Positions 1 to 13,439 of a stretch of DNA of 64,000 nt are shown here, one piece after another. A program made the position numbers and the translations under genes. The notes under the pieces are model-generated. The model was given only the letters and a program-made list of their open reading frames with translations. It was not told the DNA's origin and ran no database searches. The DNA is from Marsupella aquatica (lineage: Eukaryota > Plantae > Marchantiophyta), in the NCBI GenBank assembly GCA_973895155.1, contig OZ316895.1:618435-682434 (forward strand). The letters are read 5' to 3'. Each line of letters begins with the position of its first letter. Positions within the stretch are counted from its first letter, which is position 1.

Positions 1-648
1 GGGCAGCACCTAAGAGTGGGACCCGAGGTATTGTACTAAATGAGTTTCCCAGGTTACAGTCCACCCAAATCACAAGATTCAACCTCAAGACTCCCATGGA
101 TTCAGCATTTATTGGCACTGCCAAAAAATACTTCTACTAAGCTGAAACGCTATTTAAGTAACAAATACTTTGTTTCAAAGCTATCTATAGAAGTTGTAGG
201 GGTCTTTCTGAGCATCCTGTCAAGGTTCTGATTTCTGGCATTTTCAAAATCTGGTTTTTGTGTGAAGAATATAAAAGCGATGAAATGATGTCACTCAGAG
301 TTTTTTGGGTAGAAATTCCCTGTGGCACCAAACAATGTCCAAAATGCATTCAGAATGGATGGATTTTTGCAATATATGTCCCAGTTAAATCTAACTAATA
401 ACTGGCAATCAAGGTGCAAAAGAGGTGCATGCTAGGGAGTTGATAGCCTAAATATCCTCTGTTGGATGGATCAGCTTTGGGTATTAATTCAAGGCAAAAA
501 CATATTAATTGGCAATCCAAAGCTACTTTCTAGAGCCTAGGGTCTAAAGTGAAGTCTCTAGACAATGATATTGGGGTGGGGGCAAGTTTGGGTGTTTTAG
601 GCGAGGTGGAGAAGGCAACGGGCAAAACCTGACACTCAGGCTAGTTTT

Positions 649-1354
649 TGTTGAGCATAGACAACAATTGCAACAACAAGCCCATGAACCTGTTGAACTA
701 TGATGTCTTCCTTCATGACGATACACTCATGACTCATACCATGCACATGTAGTCAACACTGTAATTCATACGTGGTTCACCTCTTCTCCAAGGCTACGTC
801 CACACGAACACAGTCACCAACTTTGCTTCAAGAGTTTTGAACACACAAGCTCTCTCTCTTCCTCAAGTTGCTCCATTACAATGAACAAGCACCACATACC
901 AGCAGCTTACACACTAGCCCTGGTATATGCAAGGTCACACACGACTAACCCTCGGACTAACCTAACCTTAGCCAAGTCCCTAACTGAGGTTAACCTAATT
1001 GACGTAACCTATGAGTCACAAGACTAAGAGCACTCCTTAACATAACAATCCAACGCACAAGAGTCGACACAGAGAGATATGTGATTCACCTCCACATGAG
1101 GCTAGGTCCACAGGAACACACAAGAGCTTTAGTGCACTCTAGGCCAACCGGCCATACCAAGCATCCACAACACAAGTTCTCCCTATCTCTCAACTAGCTC
1201 CGTAATAATGAGCCTGAGTTCCCACTCTCCAAGCAAACACCGCTTGGGTATAGAGTGTGCACAGCATGACTAACCTAACCAAGTTTGCAACTAAGGTTAG
1301 TCTTAATTATTATACAGTCGTTACTCTAGTAAGACCTAAGAGTAAATCCTAACA
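649..1354 (-). mobile_element. Solo LTR of the copia family seen at 19799-26259 (outer parts 649-690 and 1048-1354), interrupted by a second solo LTR
   Basis: Starts TGTTGAGCATAGAC like the LTRs at 19799 and 25875 and ends ...AGTAAATCCTAACA. Flanks GTTTT/ATTTT form a 4/5 TSD. The LTR consensus CCCATGAACC|ATCCAACGCAC is split by the inner insert. Confidence 0.8.
691..1042 (-). mobile_element. Related solo LTR nested inside the outer solo LTR
   Basis: TGTTGAAC...CCTTAACA termini. Carries the family motif ATACGTGGTTCACCTC...AGGCTACGTCCAC. Flanked by a degenerate 5-bp duplication GAACC/TAACA. Confidence 0.7.
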
Positions 1355-3524
1355 ATTTTAGCAAATATTGAAATGTGTTTCGATAAAGTAGACCTATTTT
1401 TGGGTCCAATTTCTGAAAATATTTTGACAAAAAGTATTCTTCCCATAAAGTAGCTTAGCCAGGCATGCATGGGCGATCCAACGCTCCTATCCTCCCAATC
1501 AAAAAGTAACATGAAAAAATTCTGGAAAGGTTTTTAAGAGTAGGTTGCATCACTCATGCAACACCACTTGACTTTGGTAGACTTTAGTCCATAATTATCT
1601 AGGCGGCTCACTCCTCATCACTTCTGTCCTAACTAAGTCTGTAGTCTTGGGCCGAGGGGTTTCTTTTATTATTAGGTTCAGCTGGGGCACCTACCTAATC
1701 CCGCCAACTCATTAAGTCCAATGTGTAGTTTAACTTAGTGTTCATTCTCCCATTTTTATTTCAGTGTTCATTGTCGTCCATGAATCATATTCAAGACCAA
1801 ATCTATACACCGAAAAAATAAGGAAACTACTGTCAGGGAATGCTGGTTGGTTGGTTCCCATGGGTTTGATATTCGTTTCCATGCTGGCACTAGTCCCAAA
1901 AGCAGTTATTTGTCAAAGTGGGACAAGCCGCATTCCCCCAATGCTCAGTCAATATTACTTTTTCTTATGGCATGGAAAATGTTCCTCCCTAGTATATTTG
2001 TAGGGCACTTGGCCCACCACAAACCCAGTCAATATTCCGTTTGGTCGATCCCGGTTTTCCGGCCCACCCCACAAAACAGTCAATGTTCCTTTGATCGATC
2101 ATGGTGATTCTTTGAGATGTCTGCAGTTCTAAATTTGTTTACGGCGCTTGAGCACCAGTCTTTTGCCATCAACAAAATACAAATCATTAGGGACGTCAGT
2201 GGGTTCTTTAGAGGGCGTCATCTCTGCTAAAAGAACGGACCGCATTGCTCTACTCAGAAGCCTGAGTAAAACTCTAGAGTACCACTTGTTTGCCATCGAC
2301 AAAATCAATACCATGAGGGACGTCAGTGAGTTCTTTAGAGGGGGTTCTAAAAAGCGTTCTTCGTCTCTGCTGAAAGAAGGGACCATATTGTTCTACACAA
2401 AACCCAAAAACAAAAAACAAATTCACAGATGCTTAAGTTGATATCAATCATATTTTTTCTCATATGTTGGATGCTCTTATATTGGATATATGGAGGAGGG
2501 TCCTGCAACGCTCGACTACTATAAACAGAAGATCTGCTCTCCAAAGATGGATAATTCTGCTTCATGGCTGTCTAAACACGGGGAATATTATTTTAGGGTC
2601 AAATTCGCTCCATGGATTTACTACATACACCCTGAAACAATCTGGGCCATTGACGTTGCAGGCTTACAAATATTCAGATTTTGACACATCATTAAAGTGG
2701 GGTGAATTTAAGAATGTATTAAAACGTTGGGTTGGATTTAACATTCCCTCGTTTCAAGGTGCGTAAATGAATCGACATTTCCTGTTCTCGAGCAACGAAG
2801 TATTTTTTTATTGTGGGAATACAGTACCTGGAGAACAGAAGTGAACACACATTGGAAATTGGCTCTTTGTCATTTCTACTGGATAGAGATTAGCACATGT
2901 GTCCATTAGAAAGCAGGGCTTTTCTGTACAGCTCGAAGGCCTCCCAGAACCTAACCTAAGTAGAATTCGTGCAAATCTAATAACATCTCCGGAGCTCCCC
3001 GGTGGTTATAAAAATTAAATTTGTATTGTTTCCTTGAAGTCTTCTTATATTCAACTACCAACACATTTCGTGTTATTTCCTCTATGTCTAGTTGAGATTT
3101 CTGTGTGGACACATAACAATAGCTTAAAACAGCTGGGGTCGACCATGGGCAAGGAGACACAAGTAGATAGAGCCTGTGTATTGTAAACAAGGAATCACTC
3201 TTGTAGAAATAAAAGAAATTGTAATGTGAATAGGCAGACCTTGATGTACAGAGACTGATACAGCAGTGCACTTAGATAGGGACCTTACTGTAAGACCGGC
3301 ATTGTCTTCCAGTCCTAACTGGAACAGAAACATTCTTCGGTTTCCGACATAAAATCTTCACATCAAGTTCCCAGAGTGGAGGGTTTTCAGTGCAAGGTCT
3401 ACATTATCCACAATTATTTACACGGAAAAATAAAGCCAAAAACTTGCCTGTTGGCTGTGTCAAGAAAACTTCCCTTTAGGTACTTGCAATAGACGTGAAT
3501 TCAATATCTAACATCATCACCATT

Positions 3525-6500
3525 TTATTGAAGACTTCTTGCAGCCATAGCATCCTGCAGCTTTCTCTCGAACACCTTGTTCTCTGCAAGTATTGCCTCT
3601 AGATCTGTCTGAACACTAGCTGTATCTAAGGGGCGCTTCTCTAGATCCTCCAGTTTTGCTTGCAGCTCTGAGATTTCCCTACCTATTTTGTCCATTTCCA
3701 AAACTTTCCCAACAATATTCTCAAAGCTTCCATGAACACTACTAAGTAGCCGGTAAGCTTGCTTGCAGACTGGATCTCGTTTTGCATCCCTGTAATCCCC
3801 AATAGAAGAACAACTTCAGCCCTGTTCAAAGTGACTGGTACACACCACCAGGCACGAGACCACTTTGACACCGACCTCAAGTCTATACTGCAAATGTACA
3901 TTGAGCATAAAAGCAATTTTGCAAATGAGCCAGAGAAAAAGCAAACAGGAAATAGAAATAAAGAAACTAGAGTAAAGAGATACCTGAACACTGTCTCGTC
4001 TACAAGGGCATGAAGGCGACGTAGCTTGTCCTGGGACATATTGCTCTCACGCTGGAGCTCACGCGTATCATGGATAATACGAGCAATATCAGCATCTTGC
4101 TTCTTACTGTTCCGGATGAGTTCAGTAATCCGCCGCACATATGTAGCTCGTGAAGCTCCTTTAGCCGTGTTGCCTAGTTCTGCTGACAGTTGAGCCTCTT
4201 CAGCCTCCCTGGTGATAGAAGAGGATCAAACAGGTTTAATGCTTGCTATGATTGCAGAGCTGTTCCATAAAGATTTTGGTGTTCCCAGTAAACCAACCTT
4301 GGACAATCCACAAAACGAAAAGCACCTCGTGGACTGATTTGGGGAGTGATTTAAGAAGAGATCCAAGCCGTCTGAATATTACCTAGTGATTCAAGCAGCT
4401 TTCATACAAAAATTGGAAGGGCATACCGATCAACAAGAGGAAAACGATTAGCTAGCGTACTACTATTACAAAAAATTCAACAGCAAGTTTCCCCCTATTC
4501 GTCGACACAATTCTGAACAACATACCTAGCCCACATTTTCGCAGTCATATCTTTCACCTCTTGTCGCATTTCTCGCATTCTTCTCAATTTATTCTGAATA
4601 TCTGAATTTCTTGCCTCTGCATTTTTGTCAGAATCTGCAACTCTTTCCTCCAAACGATTTCTCACTGCATCCCTGAATCAAATCAACCACTCTCAACAGT
4701 CAGAGCGTTCTTACTGCAATAAACAGATGACTATTTCAGTTTCAAGTGGACCATGCAAAATAGGGACTCTAATATGTCAAACTTAACCAAGCTTTATTAA
4801 CACAGCGCATTCAATAGAGTAAGCACTAAATCAGGTCTTAACTTCACCATTACATCACAATTACATCACCATCCAACTCCATGCAACATATCTTGCAGTT
4901 ACCAAAAAGCATCACTGTTTTTTCGGTAATTCACAAGCTCTATCACATGCATACCATTCTGTTTGAAGAGCCTGGAGACGATCATATCCTTCTTGCACGT
5001 TCACCTCTAGCTCTTCCAATACTGCTTCCGGCGAGCGTGAGTCGTCCACGGCCAAATCAACTGCAGCTTTCAGTAAGAGGTGTCTCTGGTCTAACGATTC
5101 AGCCTTGTCAACGGCACCCGCTATTTTCTGCTTCAGCTCTGCTCCTTTTGCCTCCACTGCAGCTACTTCTCCCACCATCTGTGTACATGCGTACAAGCCA
5201 AAGTTAAAAGTACCCAAACCTGCTGAGGTTATTCCTTGAAACTAACCTACTGAGGGTATTGAACACAATACTGCAAGAATAGGAACATTTTATCTGAGCC
5301 TCACACAAGCACAAAATTTTGATACTTCATCTGTCCTACAAAGCCCTTAGCATAAATGCTCATTTCATGGGGCTAATTTTATAGAGGAACTCGTGTGAGC
5401 TGACATTATAATATCTACTGGGTTTCCTCTTGCTTTGCCAGTACACAAATATACGATGAGGCAGAGAGATTAATAGGAATCTGTGAATTTCCTCTTGCTT
5501 TAGCAGTACACAAATCTACGATGATGCAAAGAGATTAATAGGAATCTGAATTTCCTCTTGCTTTAGCAGTACACAAAAATACGATGATGCAGAGAGATTA
5601 ATAGGAATCTGTGAATTCAATGGACACAACATAAAGAAGAGAGGAAGAGGTTCCAAAACCAATCGATTCAAGGACACCTCCTTTAAATTACACGTGAACC
5701 GAACATGAGATGGATTGTAAAGGACTCCTACAGCTAAGAGACAGCTGTTTACATCGTGAGGACATGACCGATTTTGAGCTCTGCTTCACAACAGTATCAT
5801 TGTTGGTGAAACGACCGGAACATTCAGAATGGAATCCACCCACTGTTTTACACACCTTCTCAGCTTGTATTGAAAGAGTTGAAAGGTCCTCTTCGAGTTT
5901 CGAGATCTCAGCCTGTTGCTGGACAGCTGATGCTTCTGGTTGCTTTTTCTGCTCCTCTACATCTAAGGAAGAGGATCTTTCCACTCCGTCTATTGCAGGA
6001 GCGCCGTCCACACTATCAGGACTTTCGATAGTTTCTTTGGTTACAACCAAGACTCCACCGCTGATAATTTTCTTCCTCGGCACTTGATTTGAAAGTGATG
6101 TTTTGTCTACTTGTCGTGCAAGGTGAACAAGCTGTGCATCTGCCAACCTAGCGGATTTCTCAGCGCTTCGAGAGTTGAGCTCAAGTATTGAAGGAACCAG
6201 AGTTGCCCTTGGCTTGGCTTGGATTGTTATCAGAGGTGGTTTCTTCTTATTGGTGCCCCTGGCTGAGAAAAGTCTCAGTGGACAAGTCCGAAAAGGTACA
6301 CCCCATGAAATGACTTCCTCTTCACCACCACTGGATTCAAAGAGCTTTGAGGCAGAATCTGGCTTTTTAAGTCCAACCCTACTCTCCTTCCCATCCGCCG
6401 ACAACGTTGAATTGTTTGCCTCATCCCAGCTGAGAGACAGAGCATGGCGCACAGCTCCACTGATCTTTGAGCCACCGAAGTCATCGACCCCAATTCGGCC

Positions 6501-7882
6501 TGCGCGTCCTCTGCGTCCTGAACTCCGCCCCTTCCCTGAAGCCGTTGGAGTCTGTGAAAGCTGGTCCAGAAGAAACCGCAAGAGTCGATGCGTATCTGCT
6601 TCCGAAGGATAGAGAAACTGCATGCATCACTATCAGCACCCATCTGTCGTCATCACTCTCTGCTCCGGCTCCTGGCCTGCACGACCCACACCCTATCATA
6701 CTTGATACCTAAGCTTCCCAACCTCATCTTTAAATTAAACTGACAACATTTCCAAATTCTATAATCTAGAGCTTTGGACTTCCATGCAACCGGCTTTGGC
6801 ATGCGACTCCTTGAGGACCTAGTTAATGTTCTTTGACTGGAATCAGATACTGCAGCTAAGAATAGACTGCATCTAGGCTCGTCCGGTGTAGCGAATCAGC
6901 CTTCCAAGAAGTGAGAAACAACATGAAAAAGGGATAGAAAAAAGAAGGTAGGACTCGAATTTTAACTTGCCACGGCCCGGATTGCAATGTGCTTTAAGGG
7001 CACTAAACAATGGTGGAGGCCATGGAGGGACACAAGATAAGCTGCCAAGGATGGAAAACACAGTCTTAATTTGGACAACTGACTTGCTGTATATCATAAA
7101 AACGAGCCCGTTGCCCCATCTGTACAGAATAGATAGGTAACAGCGGTGCCCGCGTGCAGTTAAATGTTTGCATAAGCCCCATTTCATATTCATGAGACAA
7201 ATAGAACTTTGATGGAGAATGAATGAGCGAATGTGATGGGCATGAACGAATGAAGACGACTGGAAAAATTGTTTTCGAGGCAAGGCCCCTTGTGACAGCA
7301 CCCTTTCGGACATCCCCATCCCCTTGCTTCAATTTGAGGACCTTAAGTCAATGCACATCAGATTTCTTCTTTCTACAAGGCGCATTCCCTTGTGACTAAT
7401 GGACACCGACGGGAACACTAAGCCGTATGCAACACAGGTTGAGAAAACCAACATGTACGAAGATTTATGTCGCCAAATTACAAAAACAAGTAGATCAAGA
7501 GACATCAACACCCGACCTAATCCTGGACAAGCTTACTTCATAAGAATGAGTTTCAAATCACCTACCCAAAAGGTATGACAGACAGAAGGAGGAGGGGGAG
7601 AGAGATAAGAGCACTAGCCTGATGGAAGCTCAATTCGCCACGGTAACCCAGCTGTTGGAAGGCGACAACGAGGTCCGCACAGACCCGAAACCGGTCGGCT
7701 CGCTGCTGCGGAAACTCAGTGGGTATGCCGGCTGCCACTCCTCCTCGCAATAGTGTCAATGCGTGGGCATAAATGGGCACCAACTGCTTGGGACGAAGGT
7801 CACCCACGCTGTGAACATCTTCGGGTAGCTCAACCCCTGCTCGCTGCAGAGCCAGCAACACAATCCCTTGCGCATCATCCAT
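3525..7882 (-). CDS. CCDC22: Coiled-coil domain-containing protein 22 homolog (CCC/Commander complex subunit); 6 exons: 7882-7619, 6617-5856, 5178-4955, 4672-4526, 4208-3984, 3789-3525
   Basis: N-terminal MDDAQGIVLLAL...LGYRGELSFHQ|FLYPSEAD...LLRFLL and C-terminal RATYVRRITELIRNSKKQDADIARII...DETVFRDAKRD...AYRLL match CCDC22/DUF812 motifs. Splice phases are consistent. Intron 1 needs a GC donor. Confidence 0.9.
5423..5615. repeat. Intronic tandem repeat, 3 x ~64 bp
   Basis: Unit TTTCCTCTTGCTTT..CAGTACACAAA..TACGATGA.GCA.AGAGATTAATAGGAATCT(GT)GAA occurs three times in CCDC22 intron 2. Confidence 0.9.
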
Positions 7883-7940
7883 CGCTTCCCAACCCTCTTC
7901 TCTTCTCTTCTCTGCTCTGCGCGCCCAACACCTCAATTGC

Positions 7941-8275
7941 GAATTTGTCCTCCGTGCATCTCTCTTGTCCGAGCTTCTAAGAGCTGTCTCCGAATTCTTC
8001 CAATTGCCCTCCTCGAATTTGTCCTTCGTGCATCTCTGTTTTCCGAGCTTCTAAAGCCCTGTCTCTGAATTCCTCTGATTGCCCTCCTCAGCCTTTTCGT
8101 CGTGTGACCTCGTGATGTGATATCTGTCCGTCACTCTCTTTCTTTCTTTCTTTGCCTTGAAAGCCAAAAGTCACCCATCCAAGAGATCTCTTTCTTTCGG
8201 TGCCTTGAAAGCCGAATCTGACCCATCCAAGAGATTTATTTCTTTGCCTTGAAAGCCCAAAGTGACCCATCCAAG
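7941..8275. repeat. Short tandem repeats upstream of CCDC22 (2 x ~75 bp, then 3 x ~47 bp)
   Basis: GAATTTGTCCT.CGTGCATCTCT...CCGAGCTTCTAA...ATTGCCCTCCTC twice; TGCCTTGAAAGCC...ACCCATCCAAGA three times. Confidence 0.8.
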
Positions 8276-8289
8276 ACAGTATAGATGCT

Positions 8290-8782
8290 CTACTTTGGAG
8301 TAGGCAACCCTGTGGAGAGAGATCATGAGTCCTACTTTGAAGTATGCACCACTTTGGAGCTCTAGGCTTTTCAGTTTTCAGCTTCAGCTAGGTAGGGCTT
8401 TAGTTTGTTGTTTGCGTTTTAGTGTTTTTTTTTGTTTTTGTGAGATTCCCCTTGGTTTGTTGGGTCTATGTGGTCTTCTTGGGGTCTTTCCTTTCCCTTT
8501 AATGGTTTTTTGTGGCCTTTGGGATCATGTTTCTTGGTTTGGAGTCCCTGTCTTTTTGGCAGTGTTATATATATACTGTGAAGGGAAAATACTAAGTTCG
8601 GACAAGACCCAGAACATGTGGTTATATATATACTGTGAAGGGACAATACTAAGTTCGGACAAGACCCAGAGCATGTGGTTATATATATACTGTGAAGGGA
8701 CAATACTAAGTTCGGACAGGACCCAGACCAGGAGGGAGAGAAGGTTGAACCAGGGCCCCAAAGCCGGCCAGCTAGGGGCTGA
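8290..8782 (-). mobile_element. Headless copy of the SINE-like family, with an internal 3 x ~59-bp tandem repeat (~8562-8730)
   Basis: Shares CTACTTTGGAGTA(T/G)GCA and GACCCAGACCAGGAGGGAGAGA...GCTAGGGGCTGAG with 19117-19225. Unit TTATATATATACTGTGAAGGGA.AATACTAAGTTCGGACA.GACCCAGA occurs three times. Confidence 0.6.
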
Positions 8783-9793
8783 GTCTGCCAGTTTGTCTTC
8801 GAATTAAGATGATGTTGATTTTTGGAGGAAAATCATGGGTATTATATTTAAAAATGTACTTTTTACATTTACATAAGTTTGATACTCTTTAAGGACTCCC
8901 ATGAGGGACGCCTTGCAAAATCCCCATGGCAGGATGATAGGTCCTCTCACAAGTGAACCAATCTAATGAAGTGGTTACATCATTGTGTGCTTTGTTTCAA
9001 CCTAGCCAAAAATCCCAAAGCACACTCAAAACAAGTACCTTGGGGGCGAAGGTTCGACTTTATAAGGGTTTGCCTTTGTGAAGACCAGTCAATCGAACAA
9101 AAGCAAGTATGGAATTGTGCCAACATGTTTATCGATTTTCGTCTTTCCTTTTCAAGCGCATGAATTCGTCCACCAACAAAAACACCAGTACTAAGTTGTA
9201 CGAGTAAAAATTTGAACATGAGGTTTCCTCTAACCCTCTTCTACTTCAAGATCCTTGGCAAAAGGATCATAAATATGCAGTGATTGACATGCAGAAGGAG
9301 AGATTGGAATCTTCTTCTCTCCTTCTGCAGCTCGTAATGATACAAAATTAGCAACTTGCACCTGCCAATAAATTGCTGCTCTTTCCTTAACGTGACTTCC
9401 TGGTACGGCTTACCTTCGATTTTGATCCGACTTCATTGTTCTCTGGCCCCTCAGGTTGTTTTTCCTAAGCTACACTCTCAGGGCCCTATCCAGGTACCAG
9501 ATTCTCTGATATCTAATGCTACTTGGTTTCATCCCGCATGAAGTTTTTGCCTAATGGGTAACAAATATAAACTGGCATTAGCAAGGGACCTTTACAAGGT
9601 TAAGAGATGTCCTTGAGGTCCCCCAATTTCATTGAATAAGATTTGTGGAACTAAAAAAACAATCACATTCCAGATTGACCTCCATCGTATGAAAGCTGTG
9701 ATGGAGATCCATACTCCAGATGTGCAAAGAATACAGTCGACTCCCGTGATCTACTTGGGACTCTCCCTCCATTGGTGTACAGTGACTCTCTGA

Positions 9794-12700
9794 TTACACT
9801 TCCTCTCCCTGGAAAAACACCATCAACATAATGTTCAACGTCAAGTACTTGAAGCAAAACTCACACAGGTTCCAATACCAATTTCCTTGGGTAAGAGGCC
9901 CGAAAATCTGCATGCTTGTGTGCCTCATGGCAATCTTAGGACCACGAAACAGTAGAGCATTCACAACTGATCAAGAGAGGTTTTCACTCAGACAATCTGC
10001 CACAAAAATATCATTCAAGATTTGAAGTGGACAGTGTCCCACCTGCGGGAGGCTCATCAAAGCAAGGACGGCTTTCTTTGGGGTCAGTTCATTCTCCAGA
10101 ATACGTGCAACTGCCGTGAGTATGGGCATTTGAACACGATACTTTCGAGCTAAGGCAATAACTGCTCCAGCAGTTGCAACACCCTCGGCCACCTATATAG
10201 TTCAATACGAGCATACGAATTTGCATGTCAAAACCAGGTACACGCTTACAGGGCGACAGCACAACTTCTTCTTCTGGCGTGTGTGGTTTTAATAACACAC
10301 ATACCGTGGTGCTGAAAATGCGATTGAAGGGACTAAAAATACTTTAAGCATCCTCAAAAATAGAGACCCATCGAATTTGAGTAACCCTTCCCATTTCTAA
10401 CAAACAAGTTGCATGCCTCTGAGGAACCACGTGTTTGGGAGGACTAAACCTGGCTCATGGATGAAAGTATGTCCTCAAGCTTTTCACCGGCACCAAGCCT
10501 CACTCCCACTGATCTATTCCTTGAGAGTTTCACAAAACACGTGAGCATTATGTCACCAGTGCCGGAAAGGCCAGCCAAGGTTGCCGGCTTTGCTCCCATC
10601 TGAACAGACATGGCATGCGAGTTGGGTTAAATTCTGATGCTCGACCCACTTGATAGCGTAATCTAAAGCTCTGTACATCAAGCTCTCTCTTGCCTCAGGT
10701 CAAATGACATTGACGCAGTAAATTTGTCATCTGGATTTGAGCCAGGATTTCACGTAGTGACTCAAATATGTGAGATAGGACTAAATAAGACTAAACCAGC
10801 TCCGTGTTTCTATTAATACCCAGCTTTCAAAGTTACGAATGGGGGCAATGGACACCTTTTCTGCAAGCCATCGAATCTCAGCACATCCTTGCGCAACAAG
10901 TGCGGCCATGCAGTTGTTACCAAGGTTCATACCCTCCACGATTCCTGCTGCAATTGCAAGTACATTCTTTAAGGCCCCAGCCATTTCCACTCCTATTACG
11001 TCACTGCATGTCATCAAGCACACGGCAATGTATAAGGGCCTTTTGACTCCACCAACAACTCGTAGCCCCCTTACTTTTCAAGGCCCAAAACAACCAAAAG
11101 TGAGTTCATTCGTAGTGACACCACCCGGAAAATGCTGTGTACTACTGCCATGCCTTGAATCTCAAGCTTCATCAGTAACAGACTTCAATATATATGATTA
11201 ACCTGAGTCTCAATGTTCGAAAGGCTCGTTTTACAAAACTGATATACCTGGAAGTGTTGACTCTTAAATGTCGAGAAGCAAGGAGCTGTTGTGCAGCCTT
11301 GGCCAACTCTTTATCTTTGGACGCAGCGACCAAAGCTGGTAAGAAAGTTACCATGATGCAACTCTTAGGTTCTCTTCCTTGTTCCATGACGATTAATCCC
11401 CACCAATGAAACTCTTCACAAACTGTATCATATAGATGCCAGTTACAACAAAATGACCAGAATTTCAAAATCATTACGGGCAACAGCTACGAACTTGTCA
11501 AGACTCTGACGACGTTCACGATAAATAATATACTCCATACCAGTTGGTAACTCGTCCATAAGTTCAATCGAAAATGATGGCCCTGATAGCACAGCGACAG
11601 GTTGTCGTGGATTTCCAAGAGCACGAGGAATGACCTGCGACATCATTTCCAGTGTTGCGAGCTCCAAGCCTTTACTCACAGAGAGAAATGGCAATGTTGG
11701 GGGTACATGCTCCGATATGCTCCTCAGAAAGGCTGCACTATACTGCATAAGTAAAGACATATCAGCAAGACCTTCATCCTGAAATTAACCAAGGTATTTC
11801 TACAACATCTGGCATGAAGCTGAAAAACAACTTGCAAAGTACATAGGCAAAGAGACTAAAGTTTAGCATCTATCGTAAAAGCGTTCTATGCAAAATCTTA
11901 TTTGAAAATGCTTTTCAAATCCGAATAAATGCAAGTCAAGCAAGTTCAGGGTAAGTTGCCTGTACAGGTACTGCATGGATGCAGTACTCCGCCCCCTCAA
12001 GGGCTGCTTTAGCATCGGTTGTGGCCCCAACATTGATTGGCAGCTGATGATGAGGGAAGTATTTCCTACGAAGTCAACAGCCCCATATTTTAGACAAACT
12101 ACGTATTGACATGTCCTGATCATCCTTGCAGTTTGCTGATCGAACAGATGAAACGTCTCCGAACTCATACACGTAACAAGGTTTAGTCTTGTTTTAGAAT
12201 GTTGTCCAATGTAAATCAGTAACGCAATCAGTGGAGCACACGGTGGAGCCTCACGAGTTTATGTGCCCTTCATTGATAGAATCACAGACAACCTCATCCC
12301 TGAGTAAAAGTGTGACCTCCATTTCAACTTTGTTCCGTGCTAACAAGACAGCCATAGCCGTTCCAAAAGAACCTCCTCCAAGAACAACAACCTGCGAATT
12401 TCAATTGCGGCTGTTAAATATTGCTCTCTATACCGACTAGCTGAATGATGATAACTATGTAAAAATTACTTTAATTTTCTCATTGGGAACATCTGGCAAT
12501 TGAACCACAAAAGAGAGAATACAACCAAGTTCATAGAAATAGATTGGAGCGTATTCCAAGTAAGGTGTCATCCATATAACCATGAAGATAACTTGAGTCG
12601 CAACTGATATAATCTCAGCCCATAGAGGATCTTAGAGCTACGAAGCGTATACTGCCTAATGCAAAATTATGCTTGGAACATCACGATCTTTGGCTGATAT

Positions 12701-13439
12701 CAACTTCTGTCTACGAGCAACTCCTTGCTTCCAAGCGACGGTGCTCCTCCAAGGCCAAGGGGTAAGGTTACATAGTCAAGGGGTTCCTTTGAGGAGAGGG
12801 TTCCAGATTTTAAGCCAGTGAAGGATCCCAACAAAGACAATGAACAAACCTTTCTTGTAGAAGTAAATTTTCAGTTGAAGAGACTGATCGTTGTATCTCT
12901 ATGATCCATGAATGCACTACTAATTCTACAGCACAAGAGAAACGAAAAGAAAAACAGAGACTTCGGAGTGTCGCCAATCATAAACTGAGTGCAGCGACCG
13001 CCATTTCAAAACATTGATCGAAAGAACGATAGCTCACGAGATATGAAAAGTACCTTCTTGGTGCGTTGCAGAGCATTGCCCTGGCGCCGGGCCTGGAGCA
13101 ACTGCCATGATTTGGACCATCGGACAAGCTTCTCCCAAGCTGTCCTAACTATTAAGCTCTCCTCCTTGGTTCTGGTGAATGTCACGGAGGAGGTCGCAGG
13201 GGCAGAACTTTGTACCCCGCAATTGGCACTACTGACATTCCCACCAAGCTGCCTAGATTCTTGCTGCAATGGTGATGCAGCAGTACTACCGGACCCTCGA
13301 CTTTTCGTGTCAATGCAATCAATACTCAGTCGAAAATTCAAAGCCTGCTTGGTCAAGAGTGGTCCTAGTCTAACTGTGGACAATTGACGTTTTTCTCTTC
13401 TCGTTTTCAACTGGCCCTTATTACAACGATCAACAGTAC
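9794..13439 (-). CDS. GLY1: NAD-dependent glycerol-3-phosphate dehydrogenase, plastid GLY1/SFD1 type. Exons: ~13439-13054, 12391-12255, ~12066-11960, 11742-11541, 11335-11248, 11003-10856, 10599-10450, 10192-10043, 9808-9794. Start codon not located.
   Basis: AWEKLVRWS; Rossmann motif [14 protein letters not shown]; HAVPVQ; SKGLE; LSGPSF; [12 protein letters not shown]; [12 protein letters not shown]...SRN; VAEGV; C-terminus LPQ|GEEV*. Confidence 0.9.

Noticed and set aside
5423-5615. C/D snoRNA cluster (GATGAT...CTGA-like words in the 64-bp repeats)
   Set aside because: The motifs are on the strand opposite the host transcript, CTGA is in only one copy, and there is no terminal stem.
5710-6612. 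Plus-strand ORFs overlapping CCDC22 exon 2 (and similar ones opposite G3PDH, pol and STR7)
   Set aside because: Antisense shadows of real coding exons.
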